Shown here: piece after piece, positions 8,446 to 16,958 of the stretch
Layout of the letters: each line of letters begins with the position of its first letter
Position numbering within the stretch: position 1 is the stretch's first letter
From: Candidatus Firestoneibacteriota bacterium
GTDB lineage: Bacteria > Oederibacteriota > D2-FULL-39-29
Assembly (NCBI GenBank): GCA_903928075.1
Contig: CAIYPD010000115.1
Coordinates: 371 to 64,370 of the forward strand
Direction: 5' to 3'
DNA: 64,000 bases
The notes under the pieces: model-generated
Database searches by the model: none
What the model was told of the DNA's origin: nothing
Seen by the model: only the letters and a program-made list of their open reading frames with translations
Made by a program: the position numbers and the translations under genes

Positions 8446-9531
8446 TCAGCTTTTTCCGTAGTGATAGCCCGTCTCGTATAATTCGACAACATTTTCCGGC
8501 GGTGTATTTACCTGTACATTATGGCACGGAGCCAGAATATAGCCTCCGCCTTTTCCGAGCACTCTTAAGTTATACAGGACTTCCTCCCGGACATCTTTTA
8601 CAGTTCCAAAAGGCAGGGTTTGCTGGTTATCAACCGCGCCGTGAAATATTATTTTATCCCCGAAGCTTTTTTTCAATTCCTCCCGGTCCATCCCCGCGCA
8701 GCGCCATTGCACCGGATTTAAAATATCTATCCCGGCTTCTATCATCACCGGAATATTTTTTCTGACCGCCCCGTCGGAGTGGTGGAAAACATAACCGCCG
8801 CCGGCATGCACCAGGTCTATTAATTTCTTCATCCCCGGCAGGAAGAAGTCCTTTATTATTTTTGGAGAAACGAGCAGATCCTCCTGGGAGCCAAAATCCT
8901 CGTTTACCCAGGTAATATCTATCTTGCCTTTTGCTGCCTCATAAGTTCTTAATATGTCCAAATAGGTTAGCTCGAACAATTTATCAATACAGTATTTTGC
9001 CAGCTCGGGATTTTCCAAAAAATCGATATAGGCCTGGACATCGCCCCTTAGCTGTTTATAGGTTAATAACGGCTCGCTTATCCCTCCCATAATAGGATAC
9101 TCTTCTTTTCCCCGCAGGCTCCCGGGTATTACGGAATAATCCCACCAGTCCGGATCGGGCCATCTGTAGTTCTTTTCTATTTCCTCAACTGTATTAAACT
9201 CGGCCAGAGGGTAATAGGTGGTCCTGTTATAGATACCGGACGCCGCACCTTCGCCGTAAACAGTTTGAATTCCTTTTATACCAAAAACATTTTTTATATA
9301 AGGCGGGAGATACGCGCTGCTGTTTAATTCTTCGGGGCCAACATATTCCGGCCGGGCCGCAAACGGCCTGTCAATATGAAGTTTCTTCATTAAAGCCTCA
9401 TCATCTGCGCAGTCCAGGTGCTTCATCAGTCTTTCCGTGGCTTCCCCGGTTCCCCAGTAATCCATAGGCACCCTGTCCGGCTTTTGTCTTTTTAGTACCG
9501 CCAGCCATCTTTCTTTCGGGGTCATCGGCAT
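8446..9531 (-). CDS. uroporphyrinogen decarboxylase (URO-D)/MtaA-like family protein
   Basis: 361-aa ORF with a GAGAGGAAAAAG RBS. The N-terminus TPKERWLAVLKRQKPDRVPMDYW fits the URO-D-like family. Confidence 0.75.
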   Translation of the reverse strand: MPMTPKERWLAVLKRQKPDRVPMDYWGTGEATERLMKHLDCADDEALMKKLHIDRPFAARPEYVGPEELNSSAYLPPYIKNVFGIKGIQTVYGEGAASGIYNRTTYYPLAEFNTVEEIEKNYRWPDPDWWDYSVIPGSLRGKEEYPIMGGISEPLLTYKQLRGDVQAYIDFLENPELAKYCIDKLFELTYLDILRTYEAAKGKIDITWVNEDFGSQEDLLVSPKIIKDFFLPGMKKLIDLVHAGGGYVFHHSDGAVRKNIPVMIEAGIDILNPVQWRCAGMDREELKKSFGDKIIFHGAVDNQQTLPFGTVKDVREEVLYNLRVLGKGGGYILAPCHNVQVNTPPENVVELYETGYHYGKS

Positions 9532-9607
9532 ATCTTTTTCCTCTCATAAAAAAAGAATTTCTTTTATATAAAGCGCAAAAACGAATCTATACAAACTGAC
9601 CAAGCCC

Positions 9608-9636
9608 ATTGTAATTCGATAATATGTTAAAGTCAA
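9608..9636 (-). promoter_or_regulatory. sigma70-like promoter TTGACT-17-TACAAT for 8446..9531
   Basis: On the minus strand, TTGACT is at 9636-9631, followed by a 17-nt spacer and TACAAT at 9613-9608. Confidence 0.4.
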
Positions 9637-9696
9637 ATAGAAATCATCTTCTAAATGCTTGTCTTCTCGGTTTTCTATTACTTTTTCCGGTATAAA

Positions 9697-9705
9697 TGTT
9701 ATAAT
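9697..9705 (+). promoter_or_regulatory. extended -10 promoter (TGtTATAAT) for 9744..10805
   Basis: TG at 9697-98 and TATAAT at 9700-9705, about 38 nt upstream of the ATG. The -35 is weak. Confidence 0.35.
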
Positions 9706-9743
9706 ATCCAATACTTTCACATTTCAAATATTAGAGGCAAACC

Positions 9744-10805
9744 ATGAACGACAGAGAAATTCTCGAACAGCTTTTGAAACCCTTTTGGACCGGAAAGACC
9801 GTCCATCAGGAGAGCCTGTTTTTTGTCAAAAAAGCAGACAATAGGCCGGAAAGCCGTCTTTTGTTCATTCCCGAAGCGGTATTAGCCGTTCAAAGTGCCG
9901 ACCTGACGATATCATATATAGAAGGCAGAGATTATGTAGTTGATACAAAGAAGAAAACCATAACACTTCCCCCGACTTCAAAGATACCTTATAAAACTAC
10001 TCAAGAACTCTATTTGCCTAAGAGTTCACCGCTGGCATCAAAAATTTCCCACAAGAAAAATGACCCTGACACTTTCCTCCTTTTCGGAGAAGGTTTCTTT
10101 TTCCATAAACTGCAGACAAGTATAACTTATACGCATTTGCCGGATCAATGGAAAGGTTATACCCCGAAATATCTCGGCACAGACCTGCCTAACACTATGG
10201 AAAAACTAAAAAATAATATCCCGGTGAAACTTTGCATAAGCGGAGACAGCATCTCTGCCGGCCATAATGCCTCAAAGATGACCGGGGCGGAACCCTATTT
10301 ACCGCCTTATCCCGAACTTTTTGCTCTTTTTCTGAAAGACTATTACAAGACCGATATTCTTCTCAAAAACTTCGCTGTCGGAGGCTGGAATGCAATCATG
10401 GGCCTCGCTGATGCCAAAAAAGTGGCCGCGGAAAAACCCGACCTGACCGTTATCGCTTACGGTATGAATGATACTACTTCAAAGACCCCGCATGAATACG
10501 GAGAGAATGTCAAAGGCATAATGGAGACCGTTAAAAAAGAGAACCCGAAAGCCGAATTCATACTAGTCGCGTCCATGCTCGGAAACGAGGAATGGCTGGT
10601 CATAAAGGAAAACTTCTTTGTATTCCGGGATGATCTAAAAAAACTCTGCGGAAAAGGCATAGTTCTCGCCGATATGACCGAAATGTGGGACAGTTTGCTT
10701 AAAGCTAAAAGTTTTCTGGATATTACCGGCAACGGGGTCAATCACCCGAATGATTTTGGGCATAGGGTGTACGCACAAGTTCTGCTTTCATTATTATCAC
10801 AATGA
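9744..10805 (+). CDS. SGNH/GDSL hydrolase (carbohydrate esterase-like) with N-terminal extra domain
   Basis: SGNH blocks are present: ISGDSISAGHN, FAVGGWN, AYGMND and NHPNDFGH. AGAGG RBS. Confidence 0.8.
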   Translation: MNDREILEQLLKPFWTGKTVHQESLFFVKKADNRPESRLLFIPEAVLAVQSADLTISYIEGRDYVVDTKKKTITLPPTSKIPYKTTQELYLPKSSPLASKISHKKNDPDTFLLFGEGFFFHKLQTSITYTHLPDQWKGYTPKYLGTDLPNTMEKLKNNIPVKLCISGDSISAGHNASKMTGAEPYLPPYPELFALFLKDYYKTDILLKNFAVGGWNAIMGLADAKKVAAEKPDLTVIAYGMNDTTSKTPHEYGENVKGIMETVKKENPKAEFILVASMLGNEEWLVIKENFFVFRDDLKKLCGKGIVLADMTEMWDSLLKAKSFLDITGNGVNHPNDFGHRVYAQVLLSLLSQ

Positions 10806-10810
10806 AAGCA

Positions 10811-10847
10811 AGTACAAAGCACGAAGTACAAGGTGCAAAGTAAAAAC
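10811..10847 (+). repeat. purine-rich degenerate short tandem array just after a stop codon
   Basis: agtacaaagcacgaagtacaaggtgcaaagtaaaaac. The same kind of array follows stop codons near 13321, 44021 and 58014. Confidence 0.6.
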
Positions 10848-10861
10848 ATAAATAATGCCTT

Positions 10862-10888
10862 GTAGTTGCCTGATTCATCAGGCGCTCA
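10862..10888. repeat. 27-bp palindrome-containing element (GCCTGATTCATCAGGC core)
   Basis: gtagttgcctgattcatcaggcgctca is the exact reverse complement of 51114-51140. Confidence 0.8.
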
Positions 10889-10950
10889 ATAAATCGAGCA
10901 CTACATAATAGTATTGAATATTTCCCTGTTTTTTTGCAGGCAAAAACTAC

Positions 10951-10979
10951 TTGACAATAATTTCTAAATAAAATACTAT
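10951..10979 (+). promoter_or_regulatory. sigma70-like promoter TTGACA-17-TACTAT for the pfk-SIS operon
   Basis: TTGACA at 10951-56, a 17-nt spacer, then TACTAT at 10974-79. Confidence 0.45.
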
Positions 10980-11016
10980 ACTCTGGTTATCTATTTCATG
11001 CTTCGGGGAGGTTTTT

Positions 11017-12213
11017 ATCAAACCAAATATAATTATCGGACAATCAGGCGGCCCTACAGCAGTCATCAATTCCACGCTTTGCGGCCTGGTTCAAACTGCG
11101 TTAAAGTCAAAGAAATTTGGAAGAATTCTTGGAATGCAATACGGCATAGAAGGTTTCATGAATGACGAAATCATTGACCTCGGAAAACAGAAATCCTCCA
11201 TCATAGAAGGGTTAAGAAAAACTCCCTCCTCGGCGCTGGGTTCCTGCCGGCATAAGGTCAAAGAAGAAGATTTTCCGAAAATACTGGCACAACTTAAAAA
11301 ATACGACATTCATTACTTTTTCCTCATCGGCGGTAACGACACTATGGATACCATTCATAGGGTTGAAGAATACTGCAGAAAAGTAAATTACGAAATTACC
11401 GGTATCGGCCTGCCAAAAACAGTAGATAACGACCTTTTCGGCACCGACCATACCCCGGGATACGCATCTGCGGGAAGATATGCCGCTTTATCGGTTCAAC
11501 AGGCGGGAAGACTGGCCTGCGATATGCAAAGAGTTGATAAATTTGTAATTCTTCAGACCGTCGGCAGAGAAGCCGGCTGGCTGGCGGCAGCTTCCGCGCT
11601 GGCAAAAAAAGAGGAGCAGGACGCCCCTCACATAATCTATATGCCCGAACGGAGGCTCAATATCAACAAAGTACTTGCCGATGTAAAAAACTGCATTAAA
11701 AATTACGGCTGGGTTTCTATAGTCTGCGGGGAAGGCATTCTTTTTGAGGACGGCACCCCGGTATCGGCTTCGCTTACCAAAGATAAATTTTCCAATACCG
11801 AGTTCGGCGCCATGGGCGGAACCGGCGCGGCTTTAAACCTGCATAAAATAATTGCGGCAGAAACCGGATACCGCGGCGAATTTCAGATAACTGAATCCCT
11901 TCCTATGTGTGCAATCGACCGGGCCTCTGTTGTGGATCTGAAAGAAGCCTACGAATGCGGAGTCAAAGCCATAGCCCTGGCAAATAAGGGACTTACCGGT
12001 GTAATGGTTTCCATAAAACGCCTGAGTTCGACGCCTTACAAAGTTGAGTATGTCACCGTACCCTTAAAAGAAGTTGCGGTAAAAGCAAAACCCATGGAAA
12101 GCAAATATATAAGTGCGGACGGAAATTTTGTCACGAAAGAATTTATTAATTACGCCGCACCGCTAATAGGCGGCTTAAACTGCTTTTCTGTTTTAAAAAG
12201 ACTGAAAGCTTAG
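11017..12213 (+). CDS. pfk: phosphofructokinase-family kinase (ATP- or PPi-dependent), probable non-canonical AUC start
   Basis: PFK motifs are present: IIGQSGGPTAVINS, FLIGGNDTMDT, PKTVDNDL and VGREAGWL. The first motif is in frame but upstream of the first ATG (11134). GGGGAGG at 11005-11011 lies 5 nt before the ATC at 11017. The frame is closed by a TAA at 10969. Confidence 0.7.
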   Translation: MKPNIIIGQSGGPTAVINSTLCGLVQTALKSKKFGRILGMQYGIEGFMNDEIIDLGKQKSSIIEGLRKTPSSALGSCRHKVKEEDFPKILAQLKKYDIHYFFLIGGNDTMDTIHRVEEYCRKVNYEITGIGLPKTVDNDLFGTDHTPGYASAGRYAALSVQQAGRLACDMQRVDKFVILQTVGREAGWLAAASALAKKEEQDAPHIIYMPERRLNINKVLADVKNCIKNYGWVSIVCGEGILFEDGTPVSASLTKDKFSNTEFGAMGGTGAALNLHKIIAAETGYRGEFQITESLPMCAIDRASVVDLKEAYECGVKAIALANKGLTGVMVSIKRLSSTPYKVEYVTVPLKEVAVKAKPMESKYISADGNFVTKEFINYAAPLIGGLNCFSVLKRLKA

Positions 12214-12232
12214 ATCCTACAGGAGGAGTAAA

Positions 12233-13237
12233 ATGAATTTAACGGATAGTAAATATAATAAGTATTCCATTGTTAAGGAAATGCTGGAAACCGGCGACAT
12301 GATAGCAAAGCTGGATGTCAAAAAAATTGAGGCCTACGCAGAGAAAATAAAAACAAAGAAGATATTTTTTACCGGCGAAGGTTCTTCCAGGATTTTCCCC
12401 GCAAAAAATACGATATATAAAGCGCAAATACACAATTACAAGGAGTATTTCTCCACTGAAAATTCCACCCAGGCGCTGGAATACGACTTGAGAGACAGTA
12501 CGGTTTTTGTAGCTTCCAATTCCGGCCGGACTAAAGAAGCCGGCAGACTCTTAAGAAAACTTAAAAATGAAGGACACAAAGCCATAATCGGTGTTGTTGC
12601 AAATGCCGGTACGCCTATTCTGGAAGAAGCCACTTTTGGGTACCTTCTTTCCTGCGGCAAGGAAGAAGCCGTAGCCGCGACAAAATCGGTTGTAGAACAG
12701 GCCCTGTTCTATGATTTGATCTTCAGAAAAACAAACAATAAAAAGCTCCCTGATATGAAAAAACTCGGCGCGCAGGTAAAAGAGGTCCTGGAGATGAAAA
12801 TACCCGCGGAGATAACAGATCAACTGGCCGCTGCCGGCATGATCTATTTTGCCGGAAGAAATAACGGGGTAACCGAAGAAATTACGCTTAAAACCAACGA
12901 AATTACCAGAAAAAAGTCAGATTTTCTTGAAGGCACTTACGCTTTACACGGCATCGAAGAAGTAATGACAAAAAATGACGCAATGGTGGTTATCAATCCG
13001 TTCAAGGAAGAAGAAGAAAAATTCTGCGAGATTATCGAGAAGGGTGTCGGATACAAAATTTGCGCCATAGCCACAAGAGACACCTGCTTTAAAACCATTA
13101 AAATCCCTGACGCCGGTGATTTTACAACCTACCTGGAGCTTGCGGCCGGCTGGAATATCCTTATTGATGTCGGCATTAAACTTGGTATCAATATGGACAA
13201 AACGGTAAGAGCCAGAAAAATTGGCAATGTAATTTAA
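12233..13237 (+). CDS. double-SIS-domain sugar-phosphate isomerase/deaminase (AgaS/FrlB/GlmS-C-like)
   Basis: 334 aa with a GGAGGAG RBS. SIS motifs are present (FFTGEGSS, VASNSGRTKE). The gene starts 19 nt after pfk. Confidence 0.75.
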   Translation: MNLTDSKYNKYSIVKEMLETGDMIAKLDVKKIEAYAEKIKTKKIFFTGEGSSRIFPAKNTIYKAQIHNYKEYFSTENSTQALEYDLRDSTVFVASNSGRTKEAGRLLRKLKNEGHKAIIGVVANAGTPILEEATFGYLLSCGKEEAVAATKSVVEQALFYDLIFRKTNNKKLPDMKKLGAQVKEVLEMKIPAEITDQLAAAGMIYFAGRNNGVTEEITLKTNEITRKKSDFLEGTYALHGIEEVMTKNDAMVVINPFKEEEEKFCEIIEKGVGYKICAIATRDTCFKTIKIPDAGDFTTYLELAAGWNILIDVGIKLGINMDKTVRARKIGNVI

Positions 13238-13285
13238 AAGACGGCACAAGCAACTATCGACAAGAAAATACCTAACTTTGTACCT

Positions 13286-13320
13286 TGTCCGCCTTCAGCG
13301 AGATCTCGCCTAGTGGCGGA
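13286..13320. repeat. GAGATCTC-core nested palindromic element
   Basis: TGTCCGCC-ttca-GCGAGATCTCGC-ctagt-GGCGGA. Confidence 0.75.
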
Positions 13321-13340
13321 TACTTCGTACTTTGTACTTT

Positions 13341-13368
13341 AGTAGCCTGCTCTTTATCGCAGGCTACT
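13341..13368. terminator. 10-bp perfect stem-loop between convergent genes
   Basis: AGTAGCCTGC-tctttatc-GCAGGCTACT. It overlaps the TAG stop of the GH43 gene. There is no clean U-tract. Confidence 0.4.
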
Positions 13369-14416
13369 TGTAGTCTTCGATTTTCCATTCCTCGTGCCAG
13401 TCGAGATAAGCCATCTCACCGTCAAAGCGCACCGGCAGCCACACATAGTCCGCAAGAGAAGTATTCTGCGCGGTAAATTTATTGAGAGCTATAAGCCTGG
13501 CCCAGGCGTCTTTATCGGCCCCGGGGGCAAAGCCCTCGTCAAACGCCCTGTCGATATCCGGGAGCTTATTAGGCAGGTCCGTAAGCCAGCGGTCGGCCAG
13601 CGCAATGTACAGATTCTTCTTGCCCGGATGTTTAAACACGCTTGTTATCTGTGAACGAAAGGAGGTATGCTCTGCATCTTTAGGATGCGGATCGCCAAGA
13701 AGTTTCCACGGGCCATGGTACCCCCAGGAAATTGCTACTTCACTTTGATTAGGAAAATAGCCGGTCGTTCCTGAGGTAAACAGGTAATGCATGCGGCCCC
13801 GGCGGAAATACGCCGGCGCTTCGCGGACAAACGGCGGGTTGGTACGCGGGAAATGCGTCGAGTAGTAACCGGTCACATCGGTATAGTCTTCATTCAAGTC
13901 CGCGCAGACCAATTCGCTGTGCACGCGCTCAAAGTAGTAATACGCCTTACCGTCAGTAGGTTCGACGACCAAATCAAAGTCGCCGCAACTCATCCCGAGA
14001 GGTTTTAGAATTTTGACTATCTTGTAAGGCCCGGTGATGGCGTCGGCCGTAGCGACCGTCTGGAACTGCATGTCATCCTTCTTACCCATTATCTTCATCC
14101 AAAGGACAAACTTGGAAGTCTTTTTGCAGTAAAGAATATGAGGCCGGTCCATATATTGCTCCGGATGCAGAGGGCTTTCCTTGTCGTCGAGTACGGGCGG
14201 CAGAACAAGACCCAGATCCTCCCAGTTATACAGATCCTTTGATTTGTACATCCTAACGCCATAATGCCAGATTCCGGTACGGGACACTGTCTTTTCCTTA
14301 TTCTCCCCATACCAGTAGAAAGTGTCTCCGACGGTAATTATAGAACCGCCGTGCGCTTGGATGCGCTTACCGTTGGTGTCCAGCCAAACCTGGCCGGGCC
14401 TGATACTTTTATACAT
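13364..14416 (-). CDS. glycoside hydrolase family 43-like
   Basis: 350 aa with an AAGGAGAA RBS. The N-terminus (VWLDTNGKRIQAHGGSIITVGDTFYWYGENK) and the SKDLYNWEDLG blade motif are typical of GH43. Confidence 0.8.
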   Translation of the reverse strand: MYKSIRPGQVWLDTNGKRIQAHGGSIITVGDTFYWYGENKEKTVSRTGIWHYGVRMYKSKDLYNWEDLGLVLPPVLDDKESPLHPEQYMDRPHILYCKKTSKFVLWMKIMGKKDDMQFQTVATADAITGPYKIVKILKPLGMSCGDFDLVVEPTDGKAYYYFERVHSELVCADLNEDYTDVTGYYSTHFPRTNPPFVREAPAYFRRGRMHYLFTSGTTGYFPNQSEVAISWGYHGPWKLLGDPHPKDAEHTSFRSQITSVFKHPGKKNLYIALADRWLTDLPNKLPDIDRAFDEGFAPGADKDAWARLIALNKFTAQNTSLADYVWLPVRFDGEMAYLDWHEEWKIEDYK

Positions 14417-14441
14417 AATATTCTCCTTTCGTCATTTCACT

Positions 14442-14579
14442 TTTAATTTATTATTATTTTTTTAATGCTCTCTTTACCCCTTCAGTTACAATAACCCTTA
14501 AAAAAATTGCCAAACCGAAAGTTATGAAACATAGCAAAATATAGACTATCCTATCTCCGTCTATTTTAATATTACCCAT
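14442..14579 (-). CDS. possible small membrane protein (45 aa)
   Basis: Not in the track because it is under 60 aa. GGAGGAAGA precedes the ATG. The product MGNIKIDGDRIVYILLCFITFGLAIFLRVIVTEGVKRALKKIIIN has one hydrophobic helix. It sits between the kinase and GH43 genes on the same strand. Confidence 0.3.
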
Positions 14580-14605
14580 TCTTCCTCCATATTTTAAATC
14601 TATTA

Positions 14606-15715
14606 TTAAAGCAATTTTTCCATCCGCGGCCAGTCCGCAAGGCCCGAGAGCGCATCCTGCCCGTAAAGATTATCTCTACCTGCCATCATCGCAAACTTCC
14701 CGGCCTGTATTATGGTCTTATCTTTAAGCAGTGCGGTTAAAAAACCTGCAATAGCACAATCTCCGGCGCCGCTGGCATTACGGAAGCGTCCCGCTTCAAC
14801 AGGAAACGCTTTTAGCCAGTTCCCTTCGGGGCTCCCAATCCTGTCAGAAAGCCTCAAGGCCGAGGAATTCAAACCTTTCAGATTGCCGGTGCGAAGATAA
14901 GCGCCCTTATGACCGCCTTTAATAAGAAGTATCTTGACGCCCATTGCAATTATTTTTTCTGCGATGCGCGCATAATCTTTTTTTGCTATAAGAGCCAGCA
15001 AATCGCCGCCCGCCGACTTTTTTAAGATACGGTAATAGAATTTTGGCTCCAGCATAAAGATGAGTTCTTCTATACTCGGCGAAAAAATATCAACAAGCGG
15101 GAGCACTCCTGAAAGTATTTTCCGCCAGTTTGCTTTACCGGCAGAAGAGTCCGGATCAGGTAAAGCCATATCCAGCGAAACAACCGCGCCGGTTAACTTT
15201 GCTTTTTTTAAAAGTTTTTTGAGTTCCGCCCCGTCTTTCATCCATAAGCCCTCCATAAGCGGAGGATAACCGAAATGGAATAGCCGGCTCTTTTTTACTA
15301 TACCGTAGTCAATCTCTTTTGCCGTGAATATTTTATTGCATCCGGGATTTATCAGAAAGATACGGTCTGTTCCCGGAGGAGCAATAACAATACTGTAGGC
15401 GGTGCCGGCTAAAGTTGTCCGCCGCACGCCGCTTTTAACACCTGCTGCTGTAAGCCGTGCAATAGTCAGATCACCGAGGTTGTCATTTCCGACACATCCC
15501 ATCAAAACGGTCTTTTGTCTGAATTTTTTCATAGCCAGCCCGGTGTTCGCAACCGCGCCGCCGAGGGAAAAATGGAGCCCCTTCGTTTCTATAAGTTTTC
15601 CCGGCCGGAGCAGCCCGGCATAAGAAACGCCCTTTCTCTTTTCAAACTCCGGGGCCATATCAACACAAAGATAACCCGCAACTACAGCATCTATTTTTCT
15701 TAAGGCTTCGCCCAT
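14606..15715 (-). CDS. PfkB/ribokinase-family carbohydrate kinase
   Basis: 369 aa. The N-terminal GGAVANTG and the C-terminal GAGDCAIAGF anion-hole motif are present. AAGGAG RBS. Confidence 0.8.
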   Translation of the reverse strand: MGEALRKIDAVVAGYLCVDMAPEFEKRKGVSYAGLLRPGKLIETKGLHFSLGGAVANTGLAMKKFRQKTVLMGCVGNDNLGDLTIARLTAAGVKSGVRRTTLAGTAYSIVIAPPGTDRIFLINPGCNKIFTAKEIDYGIVKKSRLFHFGYPPLMEGLWMKDGAELKKLLKKAKLTGAVVSLDMALPDPDSSAGKANWRKILSGVLPLVDIFSPSIEELIFMLEPKFYYRILKKSAGGDLLALIAKKDYARIAEKIIAMGVKILLIKGGHKGAYLRTGNLKGLNSSALRLSDRIGSPEGNWLKAFPVEAGRFRNASGAGDCAIAGFLTALLKDKTIIQAGKFAMMAGRDNLYGQDALSGLADWPRMEKLL

Positions 15716-15753
15716 AAAACTCTTATCTCCTTAGCCGCATCCTGAAAAACCTT

Positions 15754-16776
15754 TCAGCAGACAGATATTTCAATTTTGTAAGTTTGCTTCCCGCCGGGTT
15801 TTAGATATTTCAGAGTGCCCATCTCGCGGTTTTTGGCCCTTCCCCAAACATAGCAGTTGGACGGTTCCAGCCCCATTACATACTCCCCTGCTCCAAACAT
15901 CTTCCATTGAATAAAGTTATCCAGGGCCCGGCCGTCATACCTGATCTTTACGCCGGTCTTTAATCTTGTATTTTTGAGGTTAACCGCGACAAAACCTTTT
16001 TTATCGGTTTGCATAAGCCTGTGATAAACACGCTCTACATAAGCCGGAGAAGGAGGTGTGATTTTTTCAATATTTTTAATATCCTTTTCTGCGACAGCGG
16101 TCACAGGAATTATTTTTTTTGTCGGTGAGCTAAAAACAGAATCTTCACTCACAAGAGGATAGCCAAAATTCATGTGATATATTATCATATGTTCCGTAGT
16201 TTTAAACCCCCTGTTTTCAACGGTATCTTCCAGGTAAATAGTATTTTGTCCTGCTATTACTTTTAGTTTTCTGGTAAGCAGAAGATTTTCGCCAAAAACA
16301 CCGGTTTCACGCGCCTCGCCGGAGAGTTCAAGAATATAATCATTTCCCGTCCAGTATTTCTTCACGAAGACATTTTCAGCGGGAATATTCGAGATTCGGC
16401 CATGCAGCCCCAGGTCCTTGCCGTTATCTTTTCCGGCAGCCCCCGCATAGTTTAGACCACAAGTAGTAAGCAGGCCCCCAAAAAAGCCTTCAAGCCATTT
16501 ATTTCCGTCCGCCTCATAAAAAGCAGGATGCGTGTAGCCGGTTTGAGAACACCACGCAACAGGTGTGCCTTTGTAATTTGCCTCACCGATGTCCAGGGCC
16601 CGGTCCAGAATCACCGTAAAAGATAATCCCCCTCCGGTCCTTACTCTGGCTATTCTCACCAGGTCGGATTTTCCTCCTCCGTTCAAACGCGAGAGTTCAA
16701 TATCCGCAATCTGCGCCATGCTGCCGGTACATTTTCTTATTTCCGCTTTTGAAAGATTTTTGCCGAATAGTTTCAT
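15754..16776 (-). CDS. aldose 1-epimerase-family protein (DUF4432-like)
   Basis: 340 aa with an AAGGAG RBS. The galactose-mutarotase-like motif GLHGRISNIPA is present. Confidence 0.7.
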   Translation of the reverse strand: MKLFGKNLSKAEIRKCTGSMAQIADIELSRLNGGGKSDLVRIARVRTGGGLSFTVILDRALDIGEANYKGTPVAWCSQTGYTHPAFYEADGNKWLEGFFGGLLTTCGLNYAGAAGKDNGKDLGLHGRISNIPAENVFVKKYWTGNDYILELSGEARETGVFGENLLLTRKLKVIAGQNTIYLEDTVENRGFKTTEHMIIYHMNFGYPLVSEDSVFSSPTKKIIPVTAVAEKDIKNIEKITPPSPAYVERVYHRLMQTDKKGFVAVNLKNTRLKTGVKIRYDGRALDNFIQWKMFGAGEYVMGLEPSNCYVWGRAKNREMGTLKYLKPGGKQTYKIEISVC

Positions 16777-16958
16777 CTGATACTCCTTAAGTATAAGGTT
16801 ATGGGCAGACTATGGATTTATCTATCCCGGACTCTACTGCCTTAATTTCCTCAAGAATCACAATCAGAAAACTATTCCGGATCAAGCCTGCCGGGCTTTT
16901 AAAAAGAATAAGGTTTAAATTATCACCGCTTGATTTATTATTTACACATAAAGAGTAT

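Noticed and set aside
11134-12213. The ATG at 11134 as the pfk start, as in the ORF track
   Set aside because: It would remove the conserved GGPTAVINS nucleotide-binding motif, which is encoded in frame upstream. It also has no SD.
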